Source: Escherichia coli (GTDB taxonomy: Bacteria; Pseudomonadota; Gammaproteobacteria; Enterobacterales; Enterobacteriaceae). From it: a stretch of 64,000 nt of DNA. Location of the stretch: the NCBI RefSeq assembly GCF_024502345.1, contig NZ_JALDNN010000001.1; one strand, 5' to 3'. The notes beneath the pieces are model-generated. The model was not told the DNA's origin, searched no databases, and worked only from the letters and a program-made list of their open reading frames with translations. Both the position numbers and the translations under genes were made by a program. This document shows, in pieces, positions 20,674 through 32,061 of the stretch; position 1 is the stretch's first letter, and each line of letters starts with the position of its first letter.

Positions 20674-21660
20674 TTACGCGGTAGTCGCTAAACGAAGCTT
20701 CAACAGCGCGCTCTGCAAGGCATTCCAGTCAGCTTCGCTGCTGGAAATCAGCTCAATACGACTGTCCGGTGGCGCAACGTTTTGCGTTTCAATGTGCAGG
20801 TCATCGCCCTGACGGTTGATTCGCACCAGCCCTTCGGGAATACGCAGCACGCCTTTGACGCGTTCCACCGGTGCAAGTCGCGCCCATTCCAGAATGCCAA
20901 TGGTGTCGAATACCGTATCAGCGTCGAATATCCAGCCGCAGGCCTGATGTCCTTGTCCACTGTTCAGACTGCGACGCCAGCGTTGATGCTCTGGCAGGCT
21001 TAACGCTGCTAACCCTTTTTTCACGACATGCTGATGAGAATGCGCGGCGCTGGCGGGCAACTCGGCTAAATTGCGACGCGGCAAATCCAGAAGATGACCG
21101 TCAACTTTCCCATGCTCACTGTGAATTAATTGCCGATCGCCACCATTTTGCTGCCACCAGCGCTGTAGCGCTTGCTCGCTTTCAGGTGTCGCACGGTCGG
21201 ATTTATTGGCGACAATGATGTCTGCGGCAGCCAGCTGGTCACGGAAGTTTTCATTGCTGGCGCTTTTTTCGTCCAGCAGCAGGCGTGGATCGAGAATGCA
21301 CAACGTGGCGCGTAGATCTATCCACGGTTCATAGACTGGTGCGGTTAAGAGATCGAGGATCTGTTTCGGATGGCCCAGCCCGGTCGGCTCTATCAACAAG
21401 CGGTCTGGTTTTCCCTGACGCAGTAAGGTATTCAACCCTACCTGCATGGGTAAACCATTAACGCAGCACATGCAGCCGCCGGGGATCTCTTTCAGCAGTG
21501 CGCCGCTATCGGCGAGCAAAGCACCATCAATTCCGACTTCCCCAAATTCATTAACCAGTACCGCCCATTTTTCGTTGGGATCTTTATGGGCTAACAGATG
21601 AAGAATCGACGTGGTTTTCCCGCTGCCGAGAAAACCGGTGATGAGGTTGGTCCTGGTCAC
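20674..21660 (-). CDS. yeiR: CobW/COG0523-family GTPase YeiR (zinc-associated)
   Basis: 328-aa product with GFLGSGKTT P-loop and CxCC motif. Confidence 0.85.
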   Translation of the reverse strand: MTRTNLITGFLGSGKTTSILHLLAHKDPNEKWAVLVNEFGEVGIDGALLADSGALLKEIPGGCMCCVNGLPMQVGLNTLLRQGKPDRLLIEPTGLGHPKQILDLLTAPVYEPWIDLRATLCILDPRLLLDEKSASNENFRDQLAAADIIVANKSDRATPESEQALQRWWQQNGGDRQLIHSEHGKVDGHLLDLPRRNLAELPASAAHSHQHVVKKGLAALSLPEHQRWRRSLNSGQGHQACGWIFDADTVFDTIGILEWARLAPVERVKGVLRIPEGLVRINRQGDDLHIETQNVAPPDSRIELISSSEADWNALQSALLKLRLATTA

Positions 21661-21777
21661 AACGGCTCCGCAATACTCTGGTAAGTTAACTGAGCGTTAA
21701 TCCTGGCTAAAAACGGCAGAAAAGAGAAGGGGAGAGCGGACTAAGGCGAGCTTCATCCGCTTTAACCGCAGAAATCG

Positions 21778-23244
21778 TTAAATTTTGAGGGTGTTTAATA
21801 GCGCCTGATGCGCGCCGAATTGTGCGATTTGTTGCCAGGCTTGTTCGATGGCCTGCACAAAATGCGGGTTATCTGGCAGATCATCACCGAAAACTTCACG
21901 CAGGGAAAGCAGGGCGGTGACGCGTTGTTCACTGCTGCTGCCCGCAACAAGTTCGCGAATTTTATCGCTAAGCGGATCGCGAACATCAATGGCATTTCCG
22001 GCATCATCAACGCCGCTGACGTAACGCATCCAGCCTGCAACGCCTAATGCCAGCAACGACCAGTCCGTTTCGCGCCCCAGATGTATGCGAATACCTGCCA
22101 GCATGCGTTGCGGTAATTTCTGGCTGCCATCCATCGCGATTTGCCAGGTCTTATGTTTCAGCGCCGGATTAGCAAAACGTGCAATTAACTTATCCGCATA
22201 TTGTGTTAAATCGACATCTTTAATCCGCAGTGTCGGCGCTTGCTCATCCAGCATTAATGTTCTGTCGGCATGGCGAAATGCGCGATCCTGCATGCAATCA
22301 CTGATATGGGCGAATCCTGAGAGGTAACCCAGATAAGCGAGAAAAGAGTGGCTGCCATTAAGCATCCGCAGTTTCATCTCTTCCCATGGCAGGACATCAT
22401 TCACCATTTGTACACCTGCGACTTCCCAGGCAGGACGCCCAGCGACGAAGTTATCTTCCACTACCCACTGGATAAACGGTTCGCAGCTAATCGCGCAGGG
22501 ATCATTCACCCCCAGATGCTGGCTGATTTCCGCCAGTGATTCGTCGGTTGCAGCCGGAACAATGCGGTCGACCATGGTTCCCGGAAAACTGACGTGTTCT
22601 TTTATCCACCCGGCGAGTTCTGGCGAACGTTTTTCTGCCATTCCCAGCACCGCGTTTTTCACCACATGGCCATTGTCGGGAATATTGTCGCAGGAGAGCA
22701 CGGTAAACGGTGTAAGGCCGCGCTCACGGCGGCGTTTCAGTGCTTCGACGAGAATACCCGGTGCGGAGTGAGGTTCTTCAGGGGTTTGTAGATCGTGAAT
22801 AATCCGCGGATTGCTGGTGTCGAGTGCACCGGTGGCCGGGTCAATACAATAGCCTTTTTCGGTAATCGTCAGGGAAACAATTGCCACCTGTGGCTCGCAA
22901 AATTTCTCAATAATTGCCGCTAAGGAATCCAGTTTTGCATTCAGGCATTCGTGAACGGCACCGACAATTATCGCCTGATTGCCGTCCGCCCCTTTCTCCA
23001 GCACGGTGTATAAATGGTTCTGTGCGCGGAGCTGGCTCATCAGTTGATCACCGCTGAACAAGCTGATTTCACAGATCCCCCAGTCACCGCCCTGGGCATT
23101 CAGCACACGATCGGTCAGTAACGCCTGATGTGCGCGGTGAAAGGCTCCAAAGCCAAAATGAACGATACGTGATTGCAACTGCTGGCGATCGTAGCGTGGA
23201 GCGTGTACATGATGCGGGAGCGTAACGGAGGCGATTGTATTCAT
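21778..23244 (-). CDS. yeiQ: mannitol-dehydrogenase-family oxidoreductase YeiQ
   Basis: Recognised as YeiQ; start taken at MNTIASV (488 aa); the ORF extends to 23253. Confidence 0.8.
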   Translation of the reverse strand: MNTIASVTLPHHVHAPRYDRQQLQSRIVHFGFGAFHRAHQALLTDRVLNAQGGDWGICEISLFSGDQLMSQLRAQNHLYTVLEKGADGNQAIIVGAVHECLNAKLDSLAAIIEKFCEPQVAIVSLTITEKGYCIDPATGALDTSNPRIIHDLQTPEEPHSAPGILVEALKRRRERGLTPFTVLSCDNIPDNGHVVKNAVLGMAEKRSPELAGWIKEHVSFPGTMVDRIVPAATDESLAEISQHLGVNDPCAISCEPFIQWVVEDNFVAGRPAWEVAGVQMVNDVLPWEEMKLRMLNGSHSFLAYLGYLSGFAHISDCMQDRAFRHADRTLMLDEQAPTLRIKDVDLTQYADKLIARFANPALKHKTWQIAMDGSQKLPQRMLAGIRIHLGRETDWSLLALGVAGWMRYVSGVDDAGNAIDVRDPLSDKIRELVAGSSSEQRVTALLSLREVFGDDLPDNPHFVQAIEQAWQQIAQFGAHQALLNTLKI

Positions 23245-23423
23245 AGGAGTCACGTCTTAGTAACGATTAATTAACAATAACAGTGTAAAGTTATATGACA
23301 GCAATTGAAATTGGTCTGGATTGTTAATGCGATGAAGTGTGAGGGCGATCAATCAACGAGTGAATATTGCGGGCGTAAGGTGTTCAGGAAGCGCAAAATA
23401 GAAGATTGGTATAATAAATTAAA

Positions 23424-23452
23424 AAAGGGACAGCCTGAGCTATCCCTTTTCT
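23424..23452 (-). terminator. rho-independent terminator downstream of yeiP
   Basis: Hairpin AAGGGATAGC-TCAG-GCTGTCCCTT followed by a T-run on the minus strand. Confidence 0.6.
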
Positions 23453-23466
23453 GCATGCGGCTGAAG

Positions 23467-24039
23467 TTAGTCAGCACGCCCCATATAACGGCGTTCTTCG
23501 ATATGGATACGAATTTTTTCGCCCGGGCTTAAGTATTCTGGTACCTGAATCACCAGACCAGTGCTCAATGTCGCCGGTTTGTTACGGGCGCTGGCAGATG
23601 CCCCTTTGATGCCTGGTGCGGTTTCAACGATTTCCAGATCAACGGTCTGCGGCAGCTCAAGCGCCAGCAGTTGACCGTCCCAGGTCAGCACCTGCATGTC
23701 CGGCATGCCGCCCTCTGGCATAAACAGCAACTCTTCTTCAATCTGATCTTTGGTGAAGGTATACGGGGTATAGTCTTCTTTATCCATAAAGACATATTCG
23801 TTGCCATCGACATAGGAGAAGTCAACGTAACGGCGGGTCAGCGTCACGGTGTCAACGATATCATCTCCTTTGAAACGCTCTTCTACTTTCAGCCCGGTAC
23901 GGACATCAGAAAAACGCATTTTGTACAGCGTAGCGGCACCGCGGGCAGTGGGCGACTGAATATCAATGTCCTTAACCAGCAGCAGTTTGCCGTTGTAATT
24001 CAGTACCATACCTTTTTTAATTTCGTTCGCTCTTGGCAT
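23467..24039 (-). CDS. yeiP: elongation factor P-like protein YeiP (EfpL)
   Basis: 190-aa product from [25 protein letters not shown]...; the long ORF to 24294 is an upstream extension. Confidence 0.9.
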
Positions 24040-24193
24040 CGAAAAATTCCTGTAGTCGAAAATGTCAAAAATATCGCGACAAAGTACTCGCGACGGGCCT
24101 TTCGGGCAAGTGGTATTCGCACTTTTGCTGGTGCAAAAAAGGTGGTACTGTGCGCGCTCATCAATCCGGTGGTTAACCTTAAGAGAACAACGT

Positions 24194-24448
24194 ATGGAAT
24201 GCCGTCCGGGTTGCGGGGCGTGTTGCACTGCCCCTTCAATTTCCAGCCCTATTCCCGGTATGCCAGATGGCAAGCCCGCCAATACGCCCTGCATTCAGCT
24301 TGATGAACAGCAACGCTGTAAAATTTTCACCTCGCCACTGCGGCCGAAAGTCTGTGCAGGCTTACAAGCCAGCGCTGAAATGTGCGGTAACTCGCGTCAG
24401 CAGGCAATGACCTGGCTTATCGATCTGGAAATGCTGACTGCGCCTTAA
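24194..24448 (+). CDS. yeiW: UPF0153 Cys-rich protein YeiW
   Basis: 84-aa product [33 protein letters not shown]...; the ORF from 24062 is an upstream extension. Confidence 0.8.
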
Positions 24449-25626
24449 ACATCTTTAATCCGCAGTAAGCAAAACAGAGTGGCGATAATCATCACCATCG
24501 CAAACCAGAACACAGCGTGATAATTCCAGATCTCGGCGACGATGCCCGCCACAGATCCTGCGATGATCCAGCCCACGCGCGACGTGTTGGTATAGAGCGT
24601 GGTGGCTGAACCTGCCTGACCGGGCATCAAATCCTGAAAATAGAGCATCCCGATGCCGCCCAGAATGCCAATAAAAATAGCATTTAGCAGCTGCAAGCCC
24701 AACAGAATGGCAGGTGAATGCGCCATCAGCATTCCTGCGTAAAAACAGACGCCACCCACGGCGGCAACGCGCATTAAGAAGCGCTTACCCAGACGTTTGG
24801 CAAAATATCCGGCAATCAACATGGTCGGGATTTCCAGCCCGGCGGCGGTCCCCATCATCACACCGGCCAGTTTCTCGGGAAGATGCAGTTCGTTGATAAT
24901 AAATAGCGGCATGTTGATGATGTACAGGCTGTTCGAGCCCCACATCAATGTACAAATGACAAACAGCAGCAGCGTATCGCGACGGTTACGGCGCGGCGCT
25001 TCAACCGTGCCGGTCGCCAGCGGAAGCTCTTTTTGCATCGACGGTAAAAACAGCCACACCATCACGCCGCAAACAATAAATGCTACCGCTGCGCTCAGAT
25101 ACATTACCGTAAAGCTGAAACCCATCGCTAAGGCATAAGCCAGCGGTGGGCCAATGACCCATGCCAGTGAAACCTGAGCGCGTAAAAAAGAGCTGAACAT
25201 CACCGCCTCACGTCCGGTTTTGTCGGCATGTTCACGGGCAAGGGCAAACATTTGCGGGTTAGCGGTCGAGCCAAAGCTGCTAAGAAAGACGCCAACGAAT
25301 AGCAAAACAAAGTAGTTGCGATTCCAGGCAAAAAGGGTGCAGGCCAGCACGCCTAACAGGCAGCAAAAGACAATCAGCGATTTGCGATCGCCGCGCTTAT
25401 CAGAGCGCCCGGCGAGAAACTGACTCACCAGAATCCCAATGACAGCGCTGCCGGTAAAGAAGAATCCCACCATCGCCGGACGGGCATGTACTTCATCGGT
25501 AAGAAAAATACTGAGTATCGGGGTTTGCAGAGCGCCCGCAATACCGGTGAGAAAGGCAACGATTAAAAACGCCGTCGAGGTCAGGTCAAACGATTTCGCG
25601 CTGGAGACTGCGGGGGAGTTATGCAT
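24445..25626 (-). CDS. setB: MFS sugar efflux transporter SetB
   Basis: 393-aa 12-TM product recognised as SetB. Confidence 0.9.
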
Positions 25627-25892
25627 GCTGGTCGATCACTGGAAGAGGAAGACGCGGAGTTTACGCTGCTTGTCAGAAAATAAACAGACAGCGAAATCAA
25701 AAGCGCCACGAATAATCAAAATGCCATTTCACTGTTGCTGATTGGCTGCTGACGCTGCTGAAATGAAATTGCTGATAACGGATTTTCCCATCAGCAATTC
25801 GGAAAAATGACAAAAAATTGTGCAGCACATCAAACTTTTGCTCATAACTTTACGGCTTTCCTTGCGTGCTGAAACAGAAGTATTATGCTTTC

Positions 25893-25907
25893 TTGAAACG
25901 TTTCAGC
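25893..25907. promoter_or_regulatory. Cra (FruR) operator candidate, distal
   Basis: TTGAAACGTTTCAGC, palindromic match to the Cra consensus upstream of fruB. Confidence 0.6.
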
Positions 25908-25958
25908 GCGATCTTGTCTTTAACCCTAAGCCAGGTTGGCGCTTTTTTTCTCATAGAA

Positions 25959-25979
25959 GCTGAATCGTTTCAATTCAGC
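25959..25979. promoter_or_regulatory. Cra (FruR) operator candidate, proximal
   Basis: GCTGAATCGTTTCAATTCAGC, palindromic, 15 bp upstream of the fruB start. Confidence 0.65.
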
Positions 25980-25993
25980 AAGAGAGGAGAACT

Positions 25994-27124
25994 ATGTTCC
26001 AGTTATCCGTACAGGACATCCATCCGGGCGAAAAGGCCGGAGACAAAGAAGAGGCGATTCGCCAGGTCGCTGCGGCGCTGGTGCAGGCCGGTAATGTAGC
26101 AGAAGGCTACGTCAATGGCATGCTGGCGCGCGAACAGCAAACCTCAACGTTCCTCGGCAATGGTATTGCTATTCCACACGGCACTACCGACACCCGCGAT
26201 CAGGTGCTGAAAACCGGCGTTCAGGTATTTCAGTTCCCGGAAGGCGTCACTTGGGGTGACGGTCAGGTAGCGTACGTAGCGATCGGTATTGCTGCCAGCT
26301 CGGATGAGCATCTGGGCCTGCTACGCCAGCTGACCCACGTACTGAGCGATGATTCCGTTGCTGAACAACTGAAGTCAGCAACAACAGCAGAAGAACTTCG
26401 CGCATTGCTGATGGGCGAAAAGCAGAGTGAGCAGCTGAAGCTCGACAACGAAATGCTGACGCTGGATATCGTCGCCAGCGATCTGCTGACTCTTCAGGCG
26501 CTGAACGCTGCGCGTCTGAAAGAAGCGGGGGCAGTTGACGCCACTTTCGTCACCAAAGCCATCAATGAACAACCGCTGAACCTCGGACAGGGCATCTGGC
26601 TGAGCGATAGCGCCGAAGGCAATTTGCGTAGCGCGATTGCTGTAAGCCGTGCGGCAAATGCTTTTGATGTGGACGGCGAAACGGCAGCCATGCTGGTGAG
26701 TGTGGCGATGAATGACGATCAGCCCATTGCGGTTCTTAAGCGTCTCGCTGATTTGTTGCTCGACAATAAAGCTGACCGCTTGCTGAAAGCGGATGCGGCA
26801 ACGTTGCTGGCGCTGCTGACCAGCGATGATGCGCCGACCGACGACGTGTTAAGCGCGGAGTTTGTGGTGCGCAATGAACACGGCCTGCATGCTCGTCCAG
26901 GTACCATGCTGGTCAACACCATTAAACAATTTAACAGTGATATTACCGTGACAAACCTTGATGGCACCGGCAAACCGGCAAACGGACGTAGTCTGATGAA
27001 AGTTGTGGCACTTGGCGTTAAGAAAGGTCATCGCCTACGCTTTACCGCCCAGGGTGCAGATGCTGAACAGGCGCTGAAAGCAATCGGCGACGCTATCGCT
27101 GCTGGTCTTGGGGAGGGCGCATAA
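25994..27124 (+). CDS. fruB: fructose PTS multiphosphoryl transfer protein FruB (EIIA-M-FPr)
   Basis: 376-aa product recognised as FruB with C-terminal HPr-like domain. Confidence 0.95.
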
Positions 27125-28062
27125 TGAGCAGACGTGTTGCTACTATCACCCTTAATCCGGCTTATGACCTTGTTGGTTTCTGCCCGGAAATTGAACGCGG
27201 CGAAGTGAACCTGGTGAAAACCACCGGTCTGCATGCGGCGGGTAAAGGCATCAACGTGGCCAAAGTATTAAAAGACCTGGGAATTGATGTCACCGTTGGC
27301 GGCTTCCTCGGTAAAGACAATCAGGATGGTTTTCAGCAACTGTTCAGCGAGCTGGGCATTGCCAACCGTTTCCAGGTTGTACAGGGGCGCACCCGAATTA
27401 ACGTTAAGCTGACGGAAAAAGACGGCGAAGTGACCGACTTCAACTTCTCGGGTTTTGAAGTCACTCCCGCCGACTGGGAACGCTTTGTGACTGATTCTCT
27501 GAGCTGGCTCGGTCAGTTCGATATGGTCTGTGTCAGCGGAAGCTTACCGTCAGGCGTCAGCCCGGAAGCGTTCACCGACTGGATGACTCGCCTGCGTAGT
27601 CAGTGCCCTTGCATTATCTTTGATAGTAGCCGTGAAGCGTTAGTAGCAGGTTTGAAAGCGGCACCGTGGCTGGTGAAACCTAATCGCCGCGAGCTGGAAA
27701 TCTGGGCAGGCCGTAAACTGCCTGAAATGAAAGATGTGATTGAAGCTGCGCATGCGCTGCGTGAACAAGGTATTGCGCATGTCGTTATTTCACTGGGTGC
27801 CGAAGGCGCGCTTTGGGTTAATGCCTCCGGCGAATGGATCGCCAAACCACCGTCAGTCGATGTCGTAAGCACCGTTGGCGCAGGGGATTCTATGGTTGGT
27901 GGCCTGATTTATGGCTTGCTAATGCGTGAATCCAGTGAACACACACTGCGTCTGGCGACTGCTGTTGCAGCCCTGGCGGTAAGTCAAAGCAATGTGGGTA
28001 TTACCGATCGTCCGCAGTTGGCCGCAATGATGGCGCGCGTCGACTTACAACCTTTTAACTGA
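27124..28062 (+). CDS. fruK: 1-phosphofructokinase FruK
   Basis: 312-aa PfkB-family product recognised as FruK; translationally coupled to fruB. Confidence 0.95.
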   Translation: MSRRVATITLNPAYDLVGFCPEIERGEVNLVKTTGLHAAGKGINVAKVLKDLGIDVTVGGFLGKDNQDGFQQLFSELGIANRFQVVQGRTRINVKLTEKDGEVTDFNFSGFEVTPADWERFVTDSLSWLGQFDMVCVSGSLPSGVSPEAFTDWMTRLRSQCPCIIFDSSREALVAGLKAAPWLVKPNRRELEIWAGRKLPEMKDVIEAAHALREQGIAHVVISLGAEGALWVNASGEWIAKPPSVDVVSTVGAGDSMVGGLIYGLLMRESSEHTLRLATAVAALAVSQSNVGITDRPQLAAMMARVDLQPFN

Positions 28063-28078
28063 CAGCAGGAGAGGCATA

Positions 28079-29770
28079 ATGAAAACGCTGCTGATTATTG
28101 ACGCTAATCTCGGTCAGGCACGCGCCTATATGGCGAAGACCCTGCTGGGCGCGGCGGCGCGAAAAGCAAAACTGGAAATCATCGACAATCCGAACGACGC
28201 AGAAATGGCGATTGTTCTCGGTGATTCCATCCCGAACGACAGCGCGCTGAACGGTAAAAATATCTGGCTGGGCGATATTTCCCGGGCAGTTGCGCACCCT
28301 GAGCTGTTCCTGAGTGAAGCCAAAGGCCATGCGAAACCTTACACTGCGCCGGTCGCTGCGACAGCACCGGTTGCCGCCAGCGGTCCGAAACGCGTAGTTG
28401 CGGTGACTGCTTGCCCGACTGGCGTAGCACACACCTTTATGGCGGCTGAAGCCATTGAAACCGAAGCGAAAAAACGTGGCTGGTGGGTGAAAGTTGAAAC
28501 CCGTGGTTCTGTTGGTGCGGGTAATGCAATCACTCCCGAAGAAGTAGCCGCAGCGGATCTGGTGATTGTGGCGGCAGATATCGAAGTGGATCTGGCGAAA
28601 TTTGCTGGTAAACCGATGTATCGTACCTCTACCGGTCTGGCGCTGAAGAAAACCGCGCAGGAACTGGATAAAGCGGTTGCTGAAGCAACGCCGTATGAAC
28701 CGGCGGGCAAAGCTCAAACGGCGACCTCTGAAGGTAAGAAAGAGAGTGCAGGCGCATACCGTCACTTGCTGACGGGCGTCTCTTACATGCTGCCGATGGT
28801 CGTTGCAGGTGGTCTGTGTATCGCGCTTTCTTTTGCTTTTGGTATCGAAGCGTTTAAAGAGCCGGGTACGTTGGCAGCGGCGCTGATGCAGATTGGTGGT
28901 GGTTCAGCCTTTGCGCTGATGGTGCCGGTACTGGCAGGTTACATTGCCTTCTCCATTGCCGATCGTCCGGGCCTCACGCCGGGTCTGATTGGCGGTATGC
29001 TGGCGGTCAGCACCGGTTCTGGCTTTATTGGCGGTATTATTGCGGGCTTCCTGGCTGGTTACATTGCGAAGTTAATTAGTACGCAACTGAAACTGCCACA
29101 GAGTATGGAGGCGCTGAAACCAATCCTGATCATTCCGCTAATTTCCAGTCTGGTGGTCGGTCTGGCGATGATCTACCTGATCGGTAAACCAGTTGCTGGC
29201 ATTCTCGAAGGGTTGACTCACTGGCTGCAGACCATGGGGACTGCGAATGCGGTTCTGCTGGGGGCGATCCTCGGTGGCATGATGTGTACTGACATGGGCG
29301 GTCCGGTAAATAAAGCAGCGTACGCATTCGGTGTGGGTCTGCTGAGTACTCAAACCTATGGCCCGATGGCGGCGATTATGGCGGCAGGTATGGTGCCACC
29401 GCTGGCAATGGGCCTGGCAACAATGGTGGCGCGTCGCAAATTCGACAAAGCGCAGCAGGAAGGTGGCAAAGCCGCTCTGGTACTGGGACTGTGCTTTATT
29501 TCGGAAGGTGCAATTCCGTTTGCTGCTCGTGATCCGATGCGTGTGCTGCCGTGCTGTATCGTGGGTGGGGCGCTGACTGGCGCAATCTCAATGGCGATTG
29601 GTGCGAAACTGATGGCACCGCACGGTGGTCTGTTTGTTCTGCTGATCCCTGGCGCTATTACGCCGGTACTGGGTTACCTGGTAGCAATTATTGCCGGTAC
29701 GCTGGTGGCGGGTTTGGCCTATGCCTTCCTGAAACGTCCGGAAGTGGACGCAGTAGCGAAAGCCGCGTAA
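28079..29770 (+). CDS. fruA: fructose PTS EIIB'BC component FruA
   Basis: 563-aa product recognised as FruA. Confidence 0.95.
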   Translation: MKTLLIIDANLGQARAYMAKTLLGAAARKAKLEIIDNPNDAEMAIVLGDSIPNDSALNGKNIWLGDISRAVAHPELFLSEAKGHAKPYTAPVAATAPVAASGPKRVVAVTACPTGVAHTFMAAEAIETEAKKRGWWVKVETRGSVGAGNAITPEEVAAADLVIVAADIEVDLAKFAGKPMYRTSTGLALKKTAQELDKAVAEATPYEPAGKAQTATSEGKKESAGAYRHLLTGVSYMLPMVVAGGLCIALSFAFGIEAFKEPGTLAAALMQIGGGSAFALMVPVLAGYIAFSIADRPGLTPGLIGGMLAVSTGSGFIGGIIAGFLAGYIAKLISTQLKLPQSMEALKPILIIPLISSLVVGLAMIYLIGKPVAGILEGLTHWLQTMGTANAVLLGAILGGMMCTDMGGPVNKAAYAFGVGLLSTQTYGPMAAIMAAGMVPPLAMGLATMVARRKFDKAQQEGGKAALVLGLCFISEGAIPFAARDPMRVLPCCIVGGALTGAISMAIGAKLMAPHGGLFVLLIPGAITPVLGYLVAIIAGTLVAGLAYAFLKRPEVDAVAKAA

Positions 29771-29925
29771 TAAAAGGTGTGTTACAGGGCAGAAATTTAC
29801 TGCCCTGTATCATTGGATGAGCGCAAAGAGAATGACCGGTTTGTGAATGTAATTTTATGAATTTAAATGGTTTTATCTTTCAGTAGAAACCTGAAACGTT
29901 CATCAAATACTAAGGTTATTTCCTC

Positions 29926-29954
29926 AAGGGCAGATTCTTTTCTGCCCTTTTTTA
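29926..29954 (+). terminator. rho-independent terminator of fruBKA
   Basis: AAGGGCAGA-TTCTT-TCTGCCCTT hairpin followed by TTTTT. Confidence 0.8.
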
Positions 29955-30193
29955 GTGTTCATGTTCTGTGCATCCCGTCACAAATTCCTCGCTTTTGTAA
30001 TTCAGGCATTTAATCGCATTTTGTGAGCCTGCTCAAATCTGCCCATTTTGCCTCTCTGGCGGTAATTTACTTTACGTAAAACATGCATACTATGAGCACA
30101 TGTTTAAATATGAACACATGTTTAAACCGTCTTTGCAGTATCTATATTCTTGTGGATTGACAGGGTTGGTAATTTTTTACCAGAGGACGTGCT

Positions 30194-31135
30194 ATGCGCG
30201 AAAAGGATTATGTCGTAATTATAGGTTCGGCGAATATTGATGTCGCCGGATATTCACATGAATCATTAAATTATGCGGATTCAAATCCAGGTAAAATAAA
30301 ATTTACGCCTGGTGGGGTAGGGCGAAATATTGCACAAAACCTGGCGTTGCTGGGTAACAAAGCCTGGCTACTGAGCGCAGTAGGCAGTGATTTTTATGGT
30401 CAATCGCTGCTAACGCAAACCAATCAATCTGGCGTTTATGTCGATAAATGCCTGATTGTGCCGGGAGAAAATACGTCGAGCTATTTATCATTACTCAATA
30501 ATACCGGTGAAATGCTGGTTGCTATAAATGACATGAATATTAGCAACGCTATTACAGCTGAATATCTCGCACAGCACCGTGAATTTATTCAGAGGGCAAA
30601 GGTCATTGTCGCGGACTGTAATATCAGTGAAGAGGCACTGGCATGGATTCTGGATAATGCTGCCAACGTACCCGTATTTGTCGATCCGGTTTCAGCGTGG
30701 AAATGTGTCAAAGTGCGCGACCGTCTAAATCAGATCCACACTCTCAAGCCAAACCGCCTTGAAGCGGAAACCCTGAGTGGGATTGCGCTGTCAGGGCGTG
30801 AAGATGTGGCAAAAGTTGCTGCCTGGTTCCATCAACATGGCCTGAACCGACTGGTATTGAGCATGGGCGGCGATGGCGTTTATTACAGTGATATCAGCGG
30901 TGAAAGTGGCTGGTCTGCCCCGATCAAAACCAATGTTATTAATGTTACCGGAGCGGGCGATGCCATGATGGCGGGACTTGCTTCGTGTTGGGTAGACGGA
31001 ATGCCGTTTGCCGAATCTGTTCGTTTCGCACAGGGATGTTCGTCAATGGCGCTCTCCTGTGAATACACCAATAACCCCGATTTATCGATTGCCAACGTTA
31101 TATCGTTAGTGGAGAACGCAGAATGTCTGAATTAA
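30194..31135 (+). CDS. psuK: pseudouridine kinase PsuK (YeiC), PfkB family
   Basis: 313-aa product recognised as YeiC/PsuK. Confidence 0.9.
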   Translation: MREKDYVVIIGSANIDVAGYSHESLNYADSNPGKIKFTPGGVGRNIAQNLALLGNKAWLLSAVGSDFYGQSLLTQTNQSGVYVDKCLIVPGENTSSYLSLLNNTGEMLVAINDMNISNAITAEYLAQHREFIQRAKVIVADCNISEEALAWILDNAANVPVFVDPVSAWKCVKVRDRLNQIHTLKPNRLEAETLSGIALSGREDVAKVAAWFHQHGLNRLVLSMGGDGVYYSDISGESGWSAPIKTNVINVTGAGDAMMAGLASCWVDGMPFAESVRFAQGCSSMALSCEYTNNPDLSIANVISLVENAECLN

Positions 31136-32061
31136 AAATTTCCCCTGAATTATTACAAATTTCCCCGGAAGTGCAGGACGCTTTAAAAAACAAAAAACCG
31201 GTTGTGGCGCTGGAATCGACCATTATTTCTCACGGGATGCCGTTCCCACAAAATGCCCAGACCGCAATTGAAGTAGAAGAAACTATTCGTAAACAGGGCG
31301 CAGTACCTGCCACTATCGCAATTATTGGCGGCGTGATGAAAGTGGGTTTAAGCAAAGAAGAAATTGAATTACTGGGTCGTGAAGGGCATAACGTGACCAA
31401 AGTTAGTCGTCGCGATTTACCTTTTGTTGTTGCCGCCGGAAAAAATGGCGCAACCACTGTGGCTTCAACGATGATTATTGCGGCGCTTGCCGGAATTAAA
31501 GTATTTGCCACCGGGGGAATTGGTGGTGTGCATCGCGGGGCGGAACATACCTTCGATATTTCTGCCGATTTGCAAGAACTGGCAAATACTAATGTCACCG
31601 TTGTTTGTGCCGGGGCGAAATCTATTCTCGATTTAGGATTAACCACTGAGTATTTAGAAACCTTCGGTGTGCCGTTAATTGGCTATCAGACTAAAGCGCT
31701 GCCTGCGTTTTTCTGCCGTACCAGCTCGTTTGACGTCAGCATTCGTCTCGACAGCGCCAGTGAAATTGCCCGTGCAATGGCGGTGAAATGGCAAAGCGGG
31801 CTGAACGGTGGCCTCGTGGTAGCGAACCCGATCCCGGAACAGTTTGCGATGCCGGAGGAATCTATCAATGCAGCCATAGATCAAGCCGTCGCCGAAGCCG
31901 AAGAGCAGGGCGTTATTGGTAAAGAAAGTACACCGTTCCTGCTGGCGCGCGTTGCTGAGCTGACCGGCGGTGACAGCCTGAAATCCAATATCCAGCTGGT
32001 GTTCAACAACGCCATTCTGGCGAGTGAAATTGCCAAAGAATACCAGCATCTCGCGGGTTAA
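31123..32061 (+). CDS. psuG: pseudouridine-5'-phosphate glycosidase PsuG (YeiN)
   Basis: 312-aa product recognised as YeiN/PsuG; overlaps the psuK 3' end. Confidence 0.9.
   Translation: MSELKISPELLQISPEVQDALKNKKPVVALESTIISHGMPFPQNAQTAIEVEETIRKQGAVPATIAIIGGVMKVGLSKEEIELLGREGHNVTKVSRRDLPFVVAAGKNGATTVASTMIIAALAGIKVFATGGIGGVHRGAEHTFDISADLQELANTNVTVVCAGAKSILDLGLTTEYLETFGVPLIGYQTKALPAFFCRTSSFDVSIRLDSASEIARAMAVKWQSGLNGGLVVANPIPEQFAMPEESINAAIDQAVAEAEEQGVIGKESTPFLLARVAELTGGDSLKSNIQLVFNNAILASEIAKEYQHLAG

Noticed and set aside
23671-24303. 210-aa plus-strand ORF overlapping yeiP
   Set aside because: Antisense to the recognised EF-P-like gene; no start context; composition typical of a shadow ORF.
28055-28765. 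236-aa minus-strand ORF antisense to fruA, and similar 60-125-aa ORFs antisense to fruB/fruK/fruA
   Set aside because: Lies entirely inside a well-recognised gene on the opposite strand, has no ribosome-binding site and a low-complexity Arg/Cys-rich translation typical of antisense frames in GC-rich coding DNA.
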